This document shows, piece after piece, positions 1 to 9,209 of a stretch of 64,000 nucleotides of DNA; within the stretch, counting starts at the first letter, position 1; the number at the start of each line of letters is the position of its first letter. The translations under genes and the position numbers were made by a program. A model generated the notes under the pieces. That model saw nothing but the letters and a program-made list of their open reading frames with translations. It was not told where the DNA came from and did no database searches. Source of the DNA: an uncultured Alphaproteobacteria bacterium (lineage in GTDB: Bacteria > Pseudomonadota > Alphaproteobacteria > HIMB59 > GCA-002718135); the NCBI GenBank assembly GCA_902601455.1, contig CACKNC010000001.1, positions 32,240 through 96,239 of the forward strand, read 5' to 3'.

Positions 1-317
1 ATTATGAAGGAACTGATTTTACCCCGGCAACATCACCACTTTACTTTTATGAAAAAGGGGGAATGCATAATTTTACTAGATGGGCAGCAAGTATGTTAGG
101 TCCATTTAACATTCGCGTGAATTGTTTGGCTCCAGGTGGTTTTCAGGTTCCCTCACACCCTCAGCGATTTGTTGAAAATTATAGTAAGAGAACACAGTTG
201 GGAAGAATGGCTAATAGCAGTGACTTAAAAGGACCAATAATTTTTTTAGCTTCGGACTCTTCAGCTTATTTAACTGGAACAATCATCGCAGTCGATGGCG
301 GATATACTGCAAAATAA
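1..317 (+). CDS. Short-chain dehydrogenase/reductase, C-terminal part (5' end outside window)
   Basis: The frame of ORF 63..317 stays open back to nt 3 (YEGTDFTPATSPLYFYEKGGMHNF...). It has Y-x-x-x-K (YFYEK), then IRVNCLAPGG and a C-terminal GTIIAVDGGY, the classical SDR pattern. Confidence 0.7.
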   Translation, partial: YEGTDFTPATSPLYFYEKGGMHNFTRWAASMLGPFNIRVNCLAPGGFQVPSHPQRFVENYSKRTQLGRMANSSDLKGPIIFLASDSSAYLTGTIIAVDGGYTAK

Positions 318-331
318 CAAAGGATAATAAA

Positions 332-1156
332 ATGACTAAATATGATGGGACTTCAACAACTAATGACTCTAAGCCTTTTAATACTTTTCGTAAAAGTAGA
401 ATTAAAAGAACAACTGATGCAGGAAAAGTTGCTACAATTTTAAAATGTAATACTGTTGATATTAAAGTAGCAGAAATTTTTGCCTTAGCACAACCAGATG
501 CGATTTGGCTTTGTATGGAACATGGATCACTTGATTATAATCAAGCTGAAAACCAGAGTAATGCTGCTAAGATATATGATGTTGATTCTTTACTTCGTGT
601 AAACAGAGGTAGTTATAGTAATTATATTAGAGGATTTGAAGTTGATTGCACGGGTTTAATTATACCTCAAATAAAAAGTTTAGCAGATGCAAAGGAAATT
701 GTAGAATTCACTAAATTTCCTCCTATTGGCAAAAGGGGAGTTGATGGTGGGAATAATGATGGTAAATATACTAAGCTTGATATGGCTGAATATATAAAGG
801 AAGCCAACCAAGAGAGATTAGTCATCTATCAAATTGAAACTCCAGAAGTAATAAATGATGTTGAAGCGATCGCTGAAATGGAAGGTGTCGATGCATTATT
901 TTTTGGTCCTGGAGATTATTCGCTTTCACTTGGAGTTCCAGGTCAAATGGATCACCCAGATGTTGTTAGTGCTAGAAAAAAAGTTGCTGAAGTAGCAAGA
1001 AAAAATAATAAAATTGCTGCCACTCCAGGCGGACCAGCTGTTGCAAAAAATTATATTGATATGGGTTATAATCTTTTAAATATTGGTGCCGATGTAATTG
1101 CTTTAGCTGATTATGCAGAAAATTTAGTTAACGAATTTGAGAAAATTAAATCTTAA
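332..1156 (+). CDS. HpcH/HpaI-family class II (pyruvate/2-oxoacid) aldolase
   Basis: 274 aa. Motifs: DAIWLCMEHG, LLRVN, GLIIPQIKS..DAKE, PPIGKRG, YQIETPE..N...IA.MEGVDALFFGPGDYSLSLG. These are typical of the HpcH/HpaI aldolase fold. Confidence 0.75.
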   Translation: MTKYDGTSTTNDSKPFNTFRKSRIKRTTDAGKVATILKCNTVDIKVAEIFALAQPDAIWLCMEHGSLDYNQAENQSNAAKIYDVDSLLRVNRGSYSNYIRGFEVDCTGLIIPQIKSLADAKEIVEFTKFPPIGKRGVDGGNNDGKYTKLDMAEYIKEANQERLVIYQIETPEVINDVEAIAEMEGVDALFFGPGDYSLSLGVPGQMDHPDVVSARKKVAEVARKNNKIAATPGGPAVAKNYIDMGYNLLNIGADVIALADYAENLVNEFEKIKS

Positions 1157-2436
1157 TGGATTTAGAAGAAATTAAAAATACTATTTTAGACAGACGTACT
1201 AAAGGTATTCCAGGTTCTGTTAAACCTTTTCCTCTAAAGGAATTAAAAAATAAAAAATGGAATATTTTAAATGAAGACATGCCCATGCCTTTAATGGTGT
1301 TAAAACAAATAAATTATATTCATAATTTAAAAACTTTTTCTAATTATCTAGAAAAGCATCATTTAGAGATTGCTCCCCACGGCAAAACTACGATGGCTCC
1401 ACAAATTTATGCGGATCAAATTAAGTACGGTGCTTGGGGAATTACTGCTGGCGCAATTAACCAAATACAAGTTATGTTTGATTTTGGTATTAATAAAGTC
1501 TTACTTGCCAACCAACTTCTTGGCAAATCACATTTAGAAACGATAGCATCATACATTAATCAAAATAAAAATTTTTCATTTTATTGTTTTGTTGACTCTA
1601 TTGATCAATTTTTAAATATGAAAAAATATCTTAGTAATCATACTTTGATTAATCCAATAAATTTGCTTCCAGAAATAGGTGCTGAAAATGGGCGAACAGG
1701 TATTCGTAAAAAAGAAGATTTTTTAACATTAGTAAATGAAATAGGAAATGATCAATCAAAAAATTTTAAGTTCGCAGGTATTTCTTCTTATGAGGGTATA
1801 GCGGCAGTTGCCATGAAGGGCTCAAATGTTGTCCATGATTTTTGTTCAAAAATTGAAAATATTATCAATGATATTCCATCCAATTTTTATTCTAATCTTG
1901 ATGAGTTACTAATAACAGCAGGTGGTTCTACTCATTTTGATATTGTTGGAGAAAGATTTTCTAAAATTAAACTTAACGTGCCTATTAAGGTTTTACTCAG
2001 AAGTGGTTGCTACATAACACATGATCATGGACCATATTTAGATGCGCTTGAAACAGCTAAAGATGATGTGAATAGACATTGGGATCAATCTTTACAACCA
2101 GCACTTGAAATTTGGTCTTATGTCCAATCAATTCCGGAGAAAAATCTAGCTTTTTTAACAATGGGCAAAAGAGATGCTCCTTATGATGCTGGTTTACCGA
2201 AACCCATTAAAAGATTCAGACCTGGTGAGGGTTTTATAGATGTTGGACATGCAGAAATATTTAGTACTAATGACCAACATGCTTTTGTCAGACTTCCTGA
2301 TAATCATGAGTGGAAAATAGGAGATATGATTTGTTCAGGAATTTCTCATCCTTGCACAGCATTTGATAAATGGAAATTTATCCCTGTTGTAGATGATGAT
2401 TACAATGTTGTTGATGGAATACTAACCTATTTTTAG
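1156..2436 (+). CDS. PLP enzyme of the DSD1 / alanine-racemase-N-terminal fold (D-serine dehydratase, D-threo-3-hydroxyaspartate dehydratase or D-threonine-aldolase-like)
   Basis: 426 aa. APHGKTTMAP looks like the PLP-lysine region, followed by GAWGITAG and VLLANQL, with a C-terminal H/C-rich end (SGISHPCTAFDKW). The start overlaps the aldolase stop by 1 nt. Confidence 0.6.
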   Translation: MDLEEIKNTILDRRTKGIPGSVKPFPLKELKNKKWNILNEDMPMPLMVLKQINYIHNLKTFSNYLEKHHLEIAPHGKTTMAPQIYADQIKYGAWGITAGAINQIQVMFDFGINKVLLANQLLGKSHLETIASYINQNKNFSFYCFVDSIDQFLNMKKYLSNHTLINPINLLPEIGAENGRTGIRKKEDFLTLVNEIGNDQSKNFKFAGISSYEGIAAVAMKGSNVVHDFCSKIENIINDIPSNFYSNLDELLITAGGSTHFDIVGERFSKIKLNVPIKVLLRSGCYITHDHGPYLDALETAKDDVNRHWDQSLQPALEIWSYVQSIPEKNLAFLTMGKRDAPYDAGLPKPIKRFRPGEGFIDVGHAEIFSTNDQHAFVRLPDNHEWKIGDMICSGISHPCTAFDKWKFIPVVDDDYNVVDGILTYF

Positions 2437-2826
2437 TTACCCTTCCTGTCTTGTGTTTGGAGCATAAGCAACACAATCAAGTTCAAATTTTAAAAAAGTT
2501 GGCAATACTTTTACAATTGTACTTCTCGTAGGTTGCGGATCTTTAAAATATTCTGGATAAATTTTGTTATATTCTTTTAAATCTTTTTGATCAGCTACAT
2601 AACTTTTTATATTAATAACATTATCAAGTGTTAATCCTGCTTCTTTTAAAATAACCTCTAAATTTTCAATTGATCTACGCATTTCTTCTTCAAACGTTCC
2701 TTCAATCACAGAACCATTTTCTCTATCAACAGAGGCTTGACCAGAAACATAAACAAAATCACCTGCTTTTATTGCAGGACTAAAAGGTAAAACTGATTTT
2801 GCTCCTGTATTTATAATTTTTATCAT
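2437..2826 (-). CDS. ridA: RidA/YjgF/L-PSP family enamine/imine deaminase
   Basis: PFSPAIKAGDFVYVSGQ..., PTRSTI and ..LDCVAY are typical RidA motifs. I place the start at the MIKIINT ATG (2826) because AGGAGA lies 6 nt upstream; the track ORF extends to 2850. Confidence 0.8.
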   Translation of the reverse strand: MIKIINTGAKSVLPFSPAIKAGDFVYVSGQASVDRENGSVIEGTFEEEMRRSIENLEVILKEAGLTLDNVINIKSYVADQKDLKEYNKIYPEYFKDPQPTRSTIVKVLPTFLKFELDCVAYAPNTRQEG

Positions 2827-2839
2827 ATTATCTCCTAAT

Positions 2840-3835
2840 TTATTTAACAAAGACCGCTGTATAGGGCTTTGGTTGGTTAGTTATTTTTCTATTATCCAAT
2901 CTTGAATAAATATCGGGTAAAATTTCTTTCATCCATTTATTTGAGTCAACAATAAACCCGGGTTTTTTTGAATCAATTAATAATGAATAAATATTTACTT
3001 GTTTGCTGGATACCTTTTCTATTAATTCATACCAGTCAGAATGAATATAGCCACATACAATATCAGGTTTAAAGCTAAGTATGGCTTTCACAATGTTATC
3101 TGTTTTTTTAACATCAAATTCTTGATCAACATTTATAAATTTTAATTTAAGGTCTTTTGATTTACTCTTAAAAACATTCTTAAAGTCAGTCAGTCTTGCA
3201 GTTTGTTTAGGTGATTTGATAATAGAGTCTAAATATAAAATATTATTTTTTTTTCCTTTTATAAATTTTAGTAACTCGCTAAATGATGGTTTAAGATTAA
3301 TACGATAGTTGCTGTTACTTAGCTTGATACTTGGAGTGTCTAGCAAACTTAATAAACAGGAAGTTTTTTTAAAATCATCAATTTCAGTTTTTTTTGTTAC
3401 CCCTGTTAATACTATTGCATCCAGATCATCCCATAACAAAACTGGTTTTTGTTTATGTGTAAAACTTCCTAATATAAATTCATGCCCATCAGAAATTACT
3501 TGTTTTTCAAAAGCAACTACCAGTTTTGTATAAAAGCTGTTATGAAATATTCCCCCGCCTACAACTTCACGATTATAAAAAAAACCTATACGTAAATGAG
3601 AAGTAAACCATGGTGCATTTTGAAGATAAGATCCTTTACCAACTTTTCTCTCAATTATTCCTTCAGCCTGTAAATCATTGAGAGTTTTAATAATAGTAAT
3701 TAACGAAAAGTCACAAAAAGTTTTGATATCATTCTGAGACTCTATTTTTTCTCCTTTTTTTAAACCTTTAGTTTTCCAATGTTTAAAAAGCATATTCCTT
3801 AATTGTAGATGTCTGCTTAGAAGTGGTTTATTCAT
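2840..3835 (-). CDS. GntR-family regulator of the AraR type (N-terminal GntR wHTH plus LacI/PBP1-like effector domain)
   Basis: The N-terminus SLITIIKTLNDLQAEGIIERKVGKGSYL is a GntR recognition helix and wing. The remaining ~250 aa (RIGFFYN..., DAIVLTG, ...) resemble a LacI-type sugar-binding domain. Confidence 0.6.
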   Translation of the reverse strand: MNKPLLSRHLQLRNMLFKHWKTKGLKKGEKIESQNDIKTFCDFSLITIIKTLNDLQAEGIIERKVGKGSYLQNAPWFTSHLRIGFFYNREVVGGGIFHNSFYTKLVVAFEKQVISDGHEFILGSFTHKQKPVLLWDDLDAIVLTGVTKKTEIDDFKKTSCLLSLLDTPSIKLSNSNYRINLKPSFSELLKFIKGKKNNILYLDSIIKSPKQTARLTDFKNVFKSKSKDLKLKFINVDQEFDVKKTDNIVKAILSFKPDIVCGYIHSDWYELIEKVSSKQVNIYSLLIDSKKPGFIVDSNKWMKEILPDIYSRLDNRKITNQPKPYTAVFVK

Positions 3836-4593
3836 AATAGAGATTCATCCCAGTTCATTTGGTTAGCTAAAATTCCACCATCGATATAGAGCATTTGACC
3901 AGTTATATATTCTGCCTCTTCAGAAGATAAGAAAACAGATGCTCCACCAATATCTTTTGGTAATCCAATTCGACCAAGAGGTATTTGTGATCTTAAAACT
4001 TGCTTGTTATTTCCTTTTTCTAATCCTTCTTTTGTTAGAGGTGTTTCTAATATTCCTGGACCAATACCATTGACCCTAATATTTTTGTCTGCAAGAGAAA
4101 TAGCAAGTGATCTAATCATCATTAACACTGCTCCTTTAGAGGTATCATATATGACACTATTTTTTTCTGCAGCTTTGGAATTGGAAGACCCAATACAAAG
4201 AATACTTTTATTTTTATTATTCTGCGATATTTTTGCAAAAGCTTGAGATGCAAACATATATCCACGAACATTTAAGTTGATCGTTTTATCAAAATCATTC
4301 TCAGATATATTTTCAAAATCTTGGTCTAAAAATGTGCCTGCATTATTTATTAAGGTATCTAAATTTCCCAATAAATCGAAAGATTTATTAACAAAATATT
4401 CAGCTCCTTGTACAGTTGATAAATCTGATTTTACATAATGGCATTCAGTTATTTCGTTTAGTTTTTTGAGTGCACCATTGTCATCAAGATGTGAATTAAT
4501 GACTATTCTTGCTCCTTTTTTTGCGAAAGCTTCAGCTATTCCGTAACCAATCCCATGAGTTGATCCTGAAATACACACACATTGATCCTTCAT
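3832..4593 (-). CDS. Short-chain dehydrogenase/reductase
   Basis: Motifs: ISGSTHGIGYGIA (TGxxxGxG-like), NNAG, S...YDTSK (YxxxK), IRVNGIGPG and a C-terminal GQMLYIDGG. There is a 4-nt overlap with the regulator gene. Confidence 0.85.
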   Translation of the reverse strand: MKDQCVCISGSTHGIGYGIAEAFAKKGARIVINSHLDDNGALKKLNEITECHYVKSDLSTVQGAEYFVNKSFDLLGNLDTLINNAGTFLDQDFENISENDFDKTINLNVRGYMFASQAFAKISQNNKNKSILCIGSSNSKAAEKNSVIYDTSKGAVLMMIRSLAISLADKNIRVNGIGPGILETPLTKEGLEKGNNKQVLRSQIPLGRIGLPKDIGGASVFLSSEEAEYITGQMLYIDGGILANQMNWDESLL

Positions 4594-4673
4594 AATTTCT
4601 TTCTTTCTTTTTGAATTCCTTGTATTTTTTGCCTACTTGATTAATATTATAACATAATAGGAAGGCTTTTTAT

Positions 4674-5852
4674 ATGCAAGCTAAACAACGTTTTACTAAT
4701 GTAACTCTTGTTACCCCAATTGGTGAAAAAAACCAAGATCTGCTGGTCAAAGATGATCTTATTGTGGATATTGTTGACAGAGATTCTTCAGTAAGCGATG
4801 ATTTTGAAATTTATGATGGGCGAGATAACTATATTTTCCCTGGGATGATTGATGTCCTTCAGCATGGTTTTTTAAACTACTTGTATGGTCATGCTGAAGA
4901 AAATTGCGCAGTTGATAATGCAAAGCTTTTACCTGAGGTAGGTGTAACAGGTTTTTTACCGTCAACACCTTGCTTGCCTCCAGAACAAACACATGAACTT
5001 CTGAATAATTTATCAAATGATATTGATAAATCAAAAGAGGGAGCAAGAATTCTCGGTATACATTCTGAAGGACCATGCTTTGCTTTACCTGGTGCACATA
5101 ATCCAAAAAATTTGCGTAATCCATCTGAAGAATTAGCAGAAGAATTAATTGATGCAACACATGGTAAATTAAAGGCAGTAACTATTGCTCCTGAGATGGA
5201 AGGATCAGAGATTTTCATTAAGAGATTAAAAAAAGATAACATATCTATTCATTTAGGTCATAGTGGAGCGAAACCTGAAGATGTTCCTATGTTTGCCGAT
5301 TGGGGAGTGGATGCAGTCACTCATATGTATGATGCATTACCAACTTATCCAGCCGATGATACAGGCGTTCATGTACTTTCTTTGACTGATGCATTAATTG
5401 CTGAGCCACGCATTGCTCTTGGGTTAATATGTGATGGCATTCATGTTCATCCACAATTAGTTGAGCTATTATCTCATCTTCCAAGTGATAGAGTTTTCTT
5501 AGAAACTGACTCTGTTAAAGGGTCTGGTTCACCTGTTCCTGTAAAATTTGAATTTTATCCTGGTCGTTGGTGTACAGTAGAAAAAGGTAAAGCATCAACT
5601 TACGATGGTCTTTTAGCAGGATCATCTTTAACTTCTATAGAAGGATTACAAAATTATCTAAAATACTCAAAAAAATCAATTAGCCAAGTTTCTATTGCAG
5701 CTAGTTTGGTTCCTGCAAGAGTAATAGGATTAGATGATAAAATGGGGAGTATTGAAAAAAATAAATTTGCTGATTTTATTTTATTAAGAAAAAATGATTT
5801 AGAAATTGCAGAAACATTTATTGCGGGAAAGTCAGTTTACAAAAGTGATTGA
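4674..5852 (+). CDS. NagA-family amidohydrolase (N-acetylglucosamine-6-phosphate-deacetylase-like)
   Basis: Order of motifs: PGMIDVLQHG, GIHSEGPCF, TIAPE, HLGHSGA, VTHMYDAL, ICDGIHVHP. This matches the NagA metal/substrate motif order. An RBS (AGGAAGG) lies upstream. Confidence 0.65.
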   Translation: MQAKQRFTNVTLVTPIGEKNQDLLVKDDLIVDIVDRDSSVSDDFEIYDGRDNYIFPGMIDVLQHGFLNYLYGHAEENCAVDNAKLLPEVGVTGFLPSTPCLPPEQTHELLNNLSNDIDKSKEGARILGIHSEGPCFALPGAHNPKNLRNPSEELAEELIDATHGKLKAVTIAPEMEGSEIFIKRLKKDNISIHLGHSGAKPEDVPMFADWGVDAVTHMYDALPTYPADDTGVHVLSLTDALIAEPRIALGLICDGIHVHPQLVELLSHLPSDRVFLETDSVKGSGSPVPVKFEFYPGRWCTVEKGKASTYDGLLAGSSLTSIEGLQNYLKYSKKSISQVSIAASLVPARVIGLDDKMGSIEKNKFADFILLRKNDLEIAETFIAGKSVYKSD

Positions 5853-5898
5853 TAAAAATCCTATATCTTTACGTTATCGCGATAAAGGAAATGTGCAT

Positions 5899-6306
5899 AT
5901 GGATTTTCATGGTGCAACAAATACTACTATAAATTTTATTATAGAAAAATATGGCATTGAAACAATGAATGACATTTTTAAAAAAGTAGGAAATGATGTT
6001 TATGCAGATATTAAGAAACATATACAGTCTGGAAATATCAATATGTTGGCTGAACATTGGCAACATTTTTTTGATCGAGAGGGTGCTGATTTTTCTATAT
6101 CCATTAAAGAGAATGAGATTATTTTAACTGTTAAAAGATGCACTGCTTATGAACATGTTAAAAAATTAGTTGGAAAAGTATCGCCAAATTTTTGTGATCA
6201 AACCATTAAAACTAATGAAGCAATTGCAGAAGGTACGCCTTATGAAATAAAAACGGAAATTTTGGGCGAAGCTTCATGTAAACAAATTATTCGTAAAAGA
6301 TTATGA
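5899..6306 (+). CDS. Hypothetical small Cys-motif protein (paralogue of the next gene)
   Basis: The track ORF starts at 5806, inside the NagA-like gene. The ATG at 5899 (MDFHGATN..., AAGGAAA upstream) aligns with the N-terminus of the paralogue at 6303. Shared pattern: xW.H...E...D...L.(K/M)..C......C......C...(I/V)(R/F)K. Confidence 0.45.
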   Translation: MDFHGATNTTINFIIEKYGIETMNDIFKKVGNDVYADIKKHIQSGNINMLAEHWQHFFDREGADFSISIKENEIILTVKRCTAYEHVKKLVGKVSPNFCDQTIKTNEAIAEGTPYEIKTEILGEASCKQIIRKRL

Positions 6307-6785
6307 TACCAAGTGACCATTTTACCCGCTTCTATAATGAAGTATTTAAATTTTTAGAAAAGCAAGGTGAAGAAGATTTAAAGAAATATTGGTTAGAGAT
6401 TAGTAAAAATCAAGAAAAACATACATTGGAATTGTTTAAAGAAAAAGGTTTACAAGGTATGTATGAATATTGGGATCATATTCGAATAGAAGAAAATTGT
6501 GATTTGGATTTAAAATTAGAAGAAGATAATCTTGAATTAAAAATGAATGTTTGTCCAAGTTTAAGTAAGGTTTTGGACAATGATGCAGAACCGATGAAGA
6601 GGTATTGTGATCATTGTGCAGGATGGATAGGTCCTATTATGGATAAGGTTGGATACCACCTAGTATATGATGTGATAGATAGAAATCAACCCCGGTGCGT
6701 AGTTAAAATTTTTAAAGATAAAAAAAAGGCTTTAGAAGAAGAGAAAAATGCAAGACTCTTGATGGATTGGCCTGGTAAAAAATGA
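6303..6785 (+). CDS. Hypothetical small Cys-motif protein (CPS...CDHC...C)
   Basis: 160 aa with a 4-nt overlap with the previous gene. The C-terminal half (MNVCPSLSKV...RYCDHCAGWIGPIM...PRCVVKIFK) aligns by eye with the previous ORF. Confidence 0.5.
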   Translation: MIPSDHFTRFYNEVFKFLEKQGEEDLKKYWLEISKNQEKHTLELFKEKGLQGMYEYWDHIRIEENCDLDLKLEEDNLELKMNVCPSLSKVLDNDAEPMKRYCDHCAGWIGPIMDKVGYHLVYDVIDRNQPRCVVKIFKDKKKALEEEKNARLLMDWPGKK

Positions 6786-6787
6786 TT

Positions 6788-8134
6788 TTAAGGAAGTTGA
6801 CGTCTTGAAAAAATTAATTGTCTTAAAAAAGTTCTCACACCCATCGCTCCTTCTTCTTTTATCAAAATAAAAGCATTCATAGATACAACAATTATAAAAG
6901 CGCAAATTGCAAAAAGAACTTCATAACTTCCAAGAGTTTTACCAAAAACAACTATGTTATTAGTATCAAGCCAGAGTACTAGATAACCAGCTAAAACTGT
7001 TGTTATTCCTGCAATTAGTCCATCTAAACTATATGCAAGTGACATAAATGATTCTTTATTATTACTCGGTACATAATTTAACATAAAAATGTATCCAATA
7101 GAGGCGCTTCCCCACATTAAGAAGCCAAATAAAAAGAAAACTATTCCTATTACATAACTTAGATAGGGAGTTTCTGAATTTATAAATGGAAGCATTAATA
7201 ATAAAATAATCTGCAAGCTTTGAAATATTACTCTAATGCCTCGGCATCCATAGTTATCAGTTATCCTTCCTACAATAAAACCACTACATGTACCACCAAT
7301 CAAAACGAGCGTAGAAGAAAATATTAATTCTCCAGTGGGTATATTCATTCTAATTTTAAAAAAAAGTGTCAGGAATATTGCTAGCACGGTAATGACTAAA
7401 TATTGAGTACCGGATGAAATTAAAAATAAATTAAAATTTTTATCTTTTGAAGCTGAAAATAAATTTTTTAAATAACCAAGATCATTGTCTCGATTAACAA
7501 TTTTTTTCCCACCTTTAATTTTTATGAGCAGTAAAGCCGAAATAAAACCAGAAATAATTGCAATTATAAAAACAGGGTAAAATCTATCTAATCCCACTCT
7601 ACTATCAAGCCACATTTTAATTGCATAAGATGCTGCAAGTGCAAAAGGTGTGCAAATAATACCATTTATTCCAATAATTCTTCCTCTCACGTCACGCGGT
7701 ATAAATTCTTGCATCCAAGGAACAAAAGCTGCTTCTGATAGGGATCGACATATTGCAAACATTAGCATTGCAAAAAACAATAAATAAAAAACTACTAATA
7801 AGTTATTTTGATAAAGAGGAACTATTAAAAAAATTAAAAGAAAAATATATCGTGTAAATAGAGTAGTTATTGATACAAGCTTACTTCCAAAATAAAGTGT
7901 AATTGGGATACTGATTAATGCTAATACTTGGCAAAAAGCCATGAGACTTCCAAGAATGCCTATTTCATCAGAGCTTAATCCTAATTCTACTGAATACAGA
8001 GTAAGGGGAGCAGCTACTGTACCTATAACAGCACACATTTGGAGTGCCGTAGAGTAATGGTAATAATTTATAACTTTTAACTTTTCAGGTTCATTGGAAA
8101 TAAGCTTAAACATTTTTATGTTACTTACTAACAA
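6788..8134 (-). CDS. MFS-type transporter
   Basis: 448 aa with about 12 hydrophobic segments and a central loop (KGGKKIVNRDND). An alternative start is at 8113 (MFKLIS). It is the last gene of the minus-strand operon. Confidence 0.7.
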   Translation of the reverse strand: MLVSNIKMFKLISNEPEKLKVINYYHYSTALQMCAVIGTVAAPLTLYSVELGLSSDEIGILGSLMAFCQVLALISIPITLYFGSKLVSITTLFTRYIFLLIFLIVPLYQNNLLVVFYLLFFAMLMFAICRSLSEAAFVPWMQEFIPRDVRGRIIGINGIICTPFALAASYAIKMWLDSRVGLDRFYPVFIIAIISGFISALLLIKIKGGKKIVNRDNDLGYLKNLFSASKDKNFNLFLISSGTQYLVITVLAIFLTLFFKIRMNIPTGELIFSSTLVLIGGTCSGFIVGRITDNYGCRGIRVIFQSLQIILLLMLPFINSETPYLSYVIGIVFFLFGFLMWGSASIGYIFMLNYVPSNNKESFMSLAYSLDGLIAGITTVLAGYLVLWLDTNNIVVFGKTLGSYEVLFAICAFIIVVSMNAFILIKEEGAMGVRTFLRQLIFSRRQLP

Positions 8135-9209
8135 TAAATGATTTAATTACGTGTTGGTTATTTTCATAACACCAACAAGTTGCTAGTATTTCATTATTTT
8201 TAAGTCTTACAAGTGATGGTTGTCCAAATTTAAGACTCCCAAATTGCTTAGTGATATTTGTTGAGTCACTACTCATATTTTCGTCTTTAAATAAATCTAG
8301 CTCTTCTAAAATTTCAAATTTATTATTTTCAATATTTACTTTTCTTATTATTAGCCCAGTGGGAAACTCTCTATGAGAGTGAATTGTTAAGATTATATTT
8401 TTATCAAGCCACATTAAATTAGATGCTTGAGCTTTAACCCCAGTATCTATTGCAGTATCAAAACTTTCTCCACCATCGTGTGAATAAACAATATGATTAT
8501 TCAAATTTATTTTTTTTACATTATCATAAGTCCAAAAGATTACTGCCACACCATTATTGTCTATTTCACAAAGTCGACATTCCCAAGTAGCAATTTCACC
8601 TTTAGGAGTATTAAAAAATTCAGATAATTTACTCCAAGTTTTTCCATTATCATCACTGTAGATGATCCATCCAGAATGACCGTTTTCTCCTAAATGAAAA
8701 GGTGGGCATGCACCAAGTATTCTGCCAGAGGATAATTGGATACATGGCCCTGATAGTTCTAGCGGTTTTTCTAAAACACTAAAACTATTTGGTATAGTCC
8801 AGCTTTCACCATTATCGTTTGAAAAACTTATTTTATTTTTTAAAGGGAGCACTTCGAAAGAAATAGGATCGACAATTGGTGTAAGAGGATCGGGTCTTAT
8901 AAATGCATATCCAGTTGCTATAAGACTTCCGTTTTGTAACAACAAAGGTTTTAGCGTATCAGTTTCTTCATGGTTATCATATATATGATTGTGAAGCTGC
9001 ATTGGTGTTGACCAAGTTCTTCCATTATCTTTGCTTTTTGTTACATATGGTCTCTGGTCTGAAGAGTCGAATGCCTGACCAATTGAAAAAATTATTAGTA
9101 GATCATTATTTGGTAATAAACTGACACCGGGAAAAATTCCTTGTCGACTTACTAAAAGAGGGTCTGGATTTTGATATACTATTATTTCTTCCTTTTTTTT
9201 CATTTCCAT
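8121..9209 (-). CDS. BNR/Asp-box repeat protein, sialidase (GH33)-like beta-propeller, no signal peptide
   Basis: Four Asp-boxes: SKDNGRTWS, SNDNGESWT, SDDNGKTWS, SHDGGESF. The N-terminus MEMKKKEEIIVYQNPD is not a signal sequence. Confidence 0.75.
   Translation of the reverse strand: MEMKKKEEIIVYQNPDPLLVSRQGIFPGVSLLPNNDLLIIFSIGQAFDSSDQRPYVTKSKDNGRTWSTPMQLHNHIYDNHEETDTLKPLLLQNGSLIATGYAFIRPDPLTPIVDPISFEVLPLKNKISFSNDNGESWTIPNSFSVLEKPLELSGPCIQLSSGRILGACPPFHLGENGHSGWIIYSDDNGKTWSKLSEFFNTPKGEIATWECRLCEIDNNGVAVIFWTYDNVKKINLNNHIVYSHDGGESFDTAIDTGVKAQASNLMWLDKNIILTIHSHREFPTGLIIRKVNIENNKFEILEELDLFKDENMSSDSTNITKQFGSLKFGQPSLVRLKNNEILATCWCYENNQHVIKSFIVSK

Noticed and set aside
5806-5898. Upstream part of track ORF 5806..6306 overlapping the NagA-like gene by 47 nt
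   Set aside because: The paralogue alignment and an AAGGAAA ribosome-binding site favour the ATG at 5899. The upstream residues have no counterpart in the paralogue.
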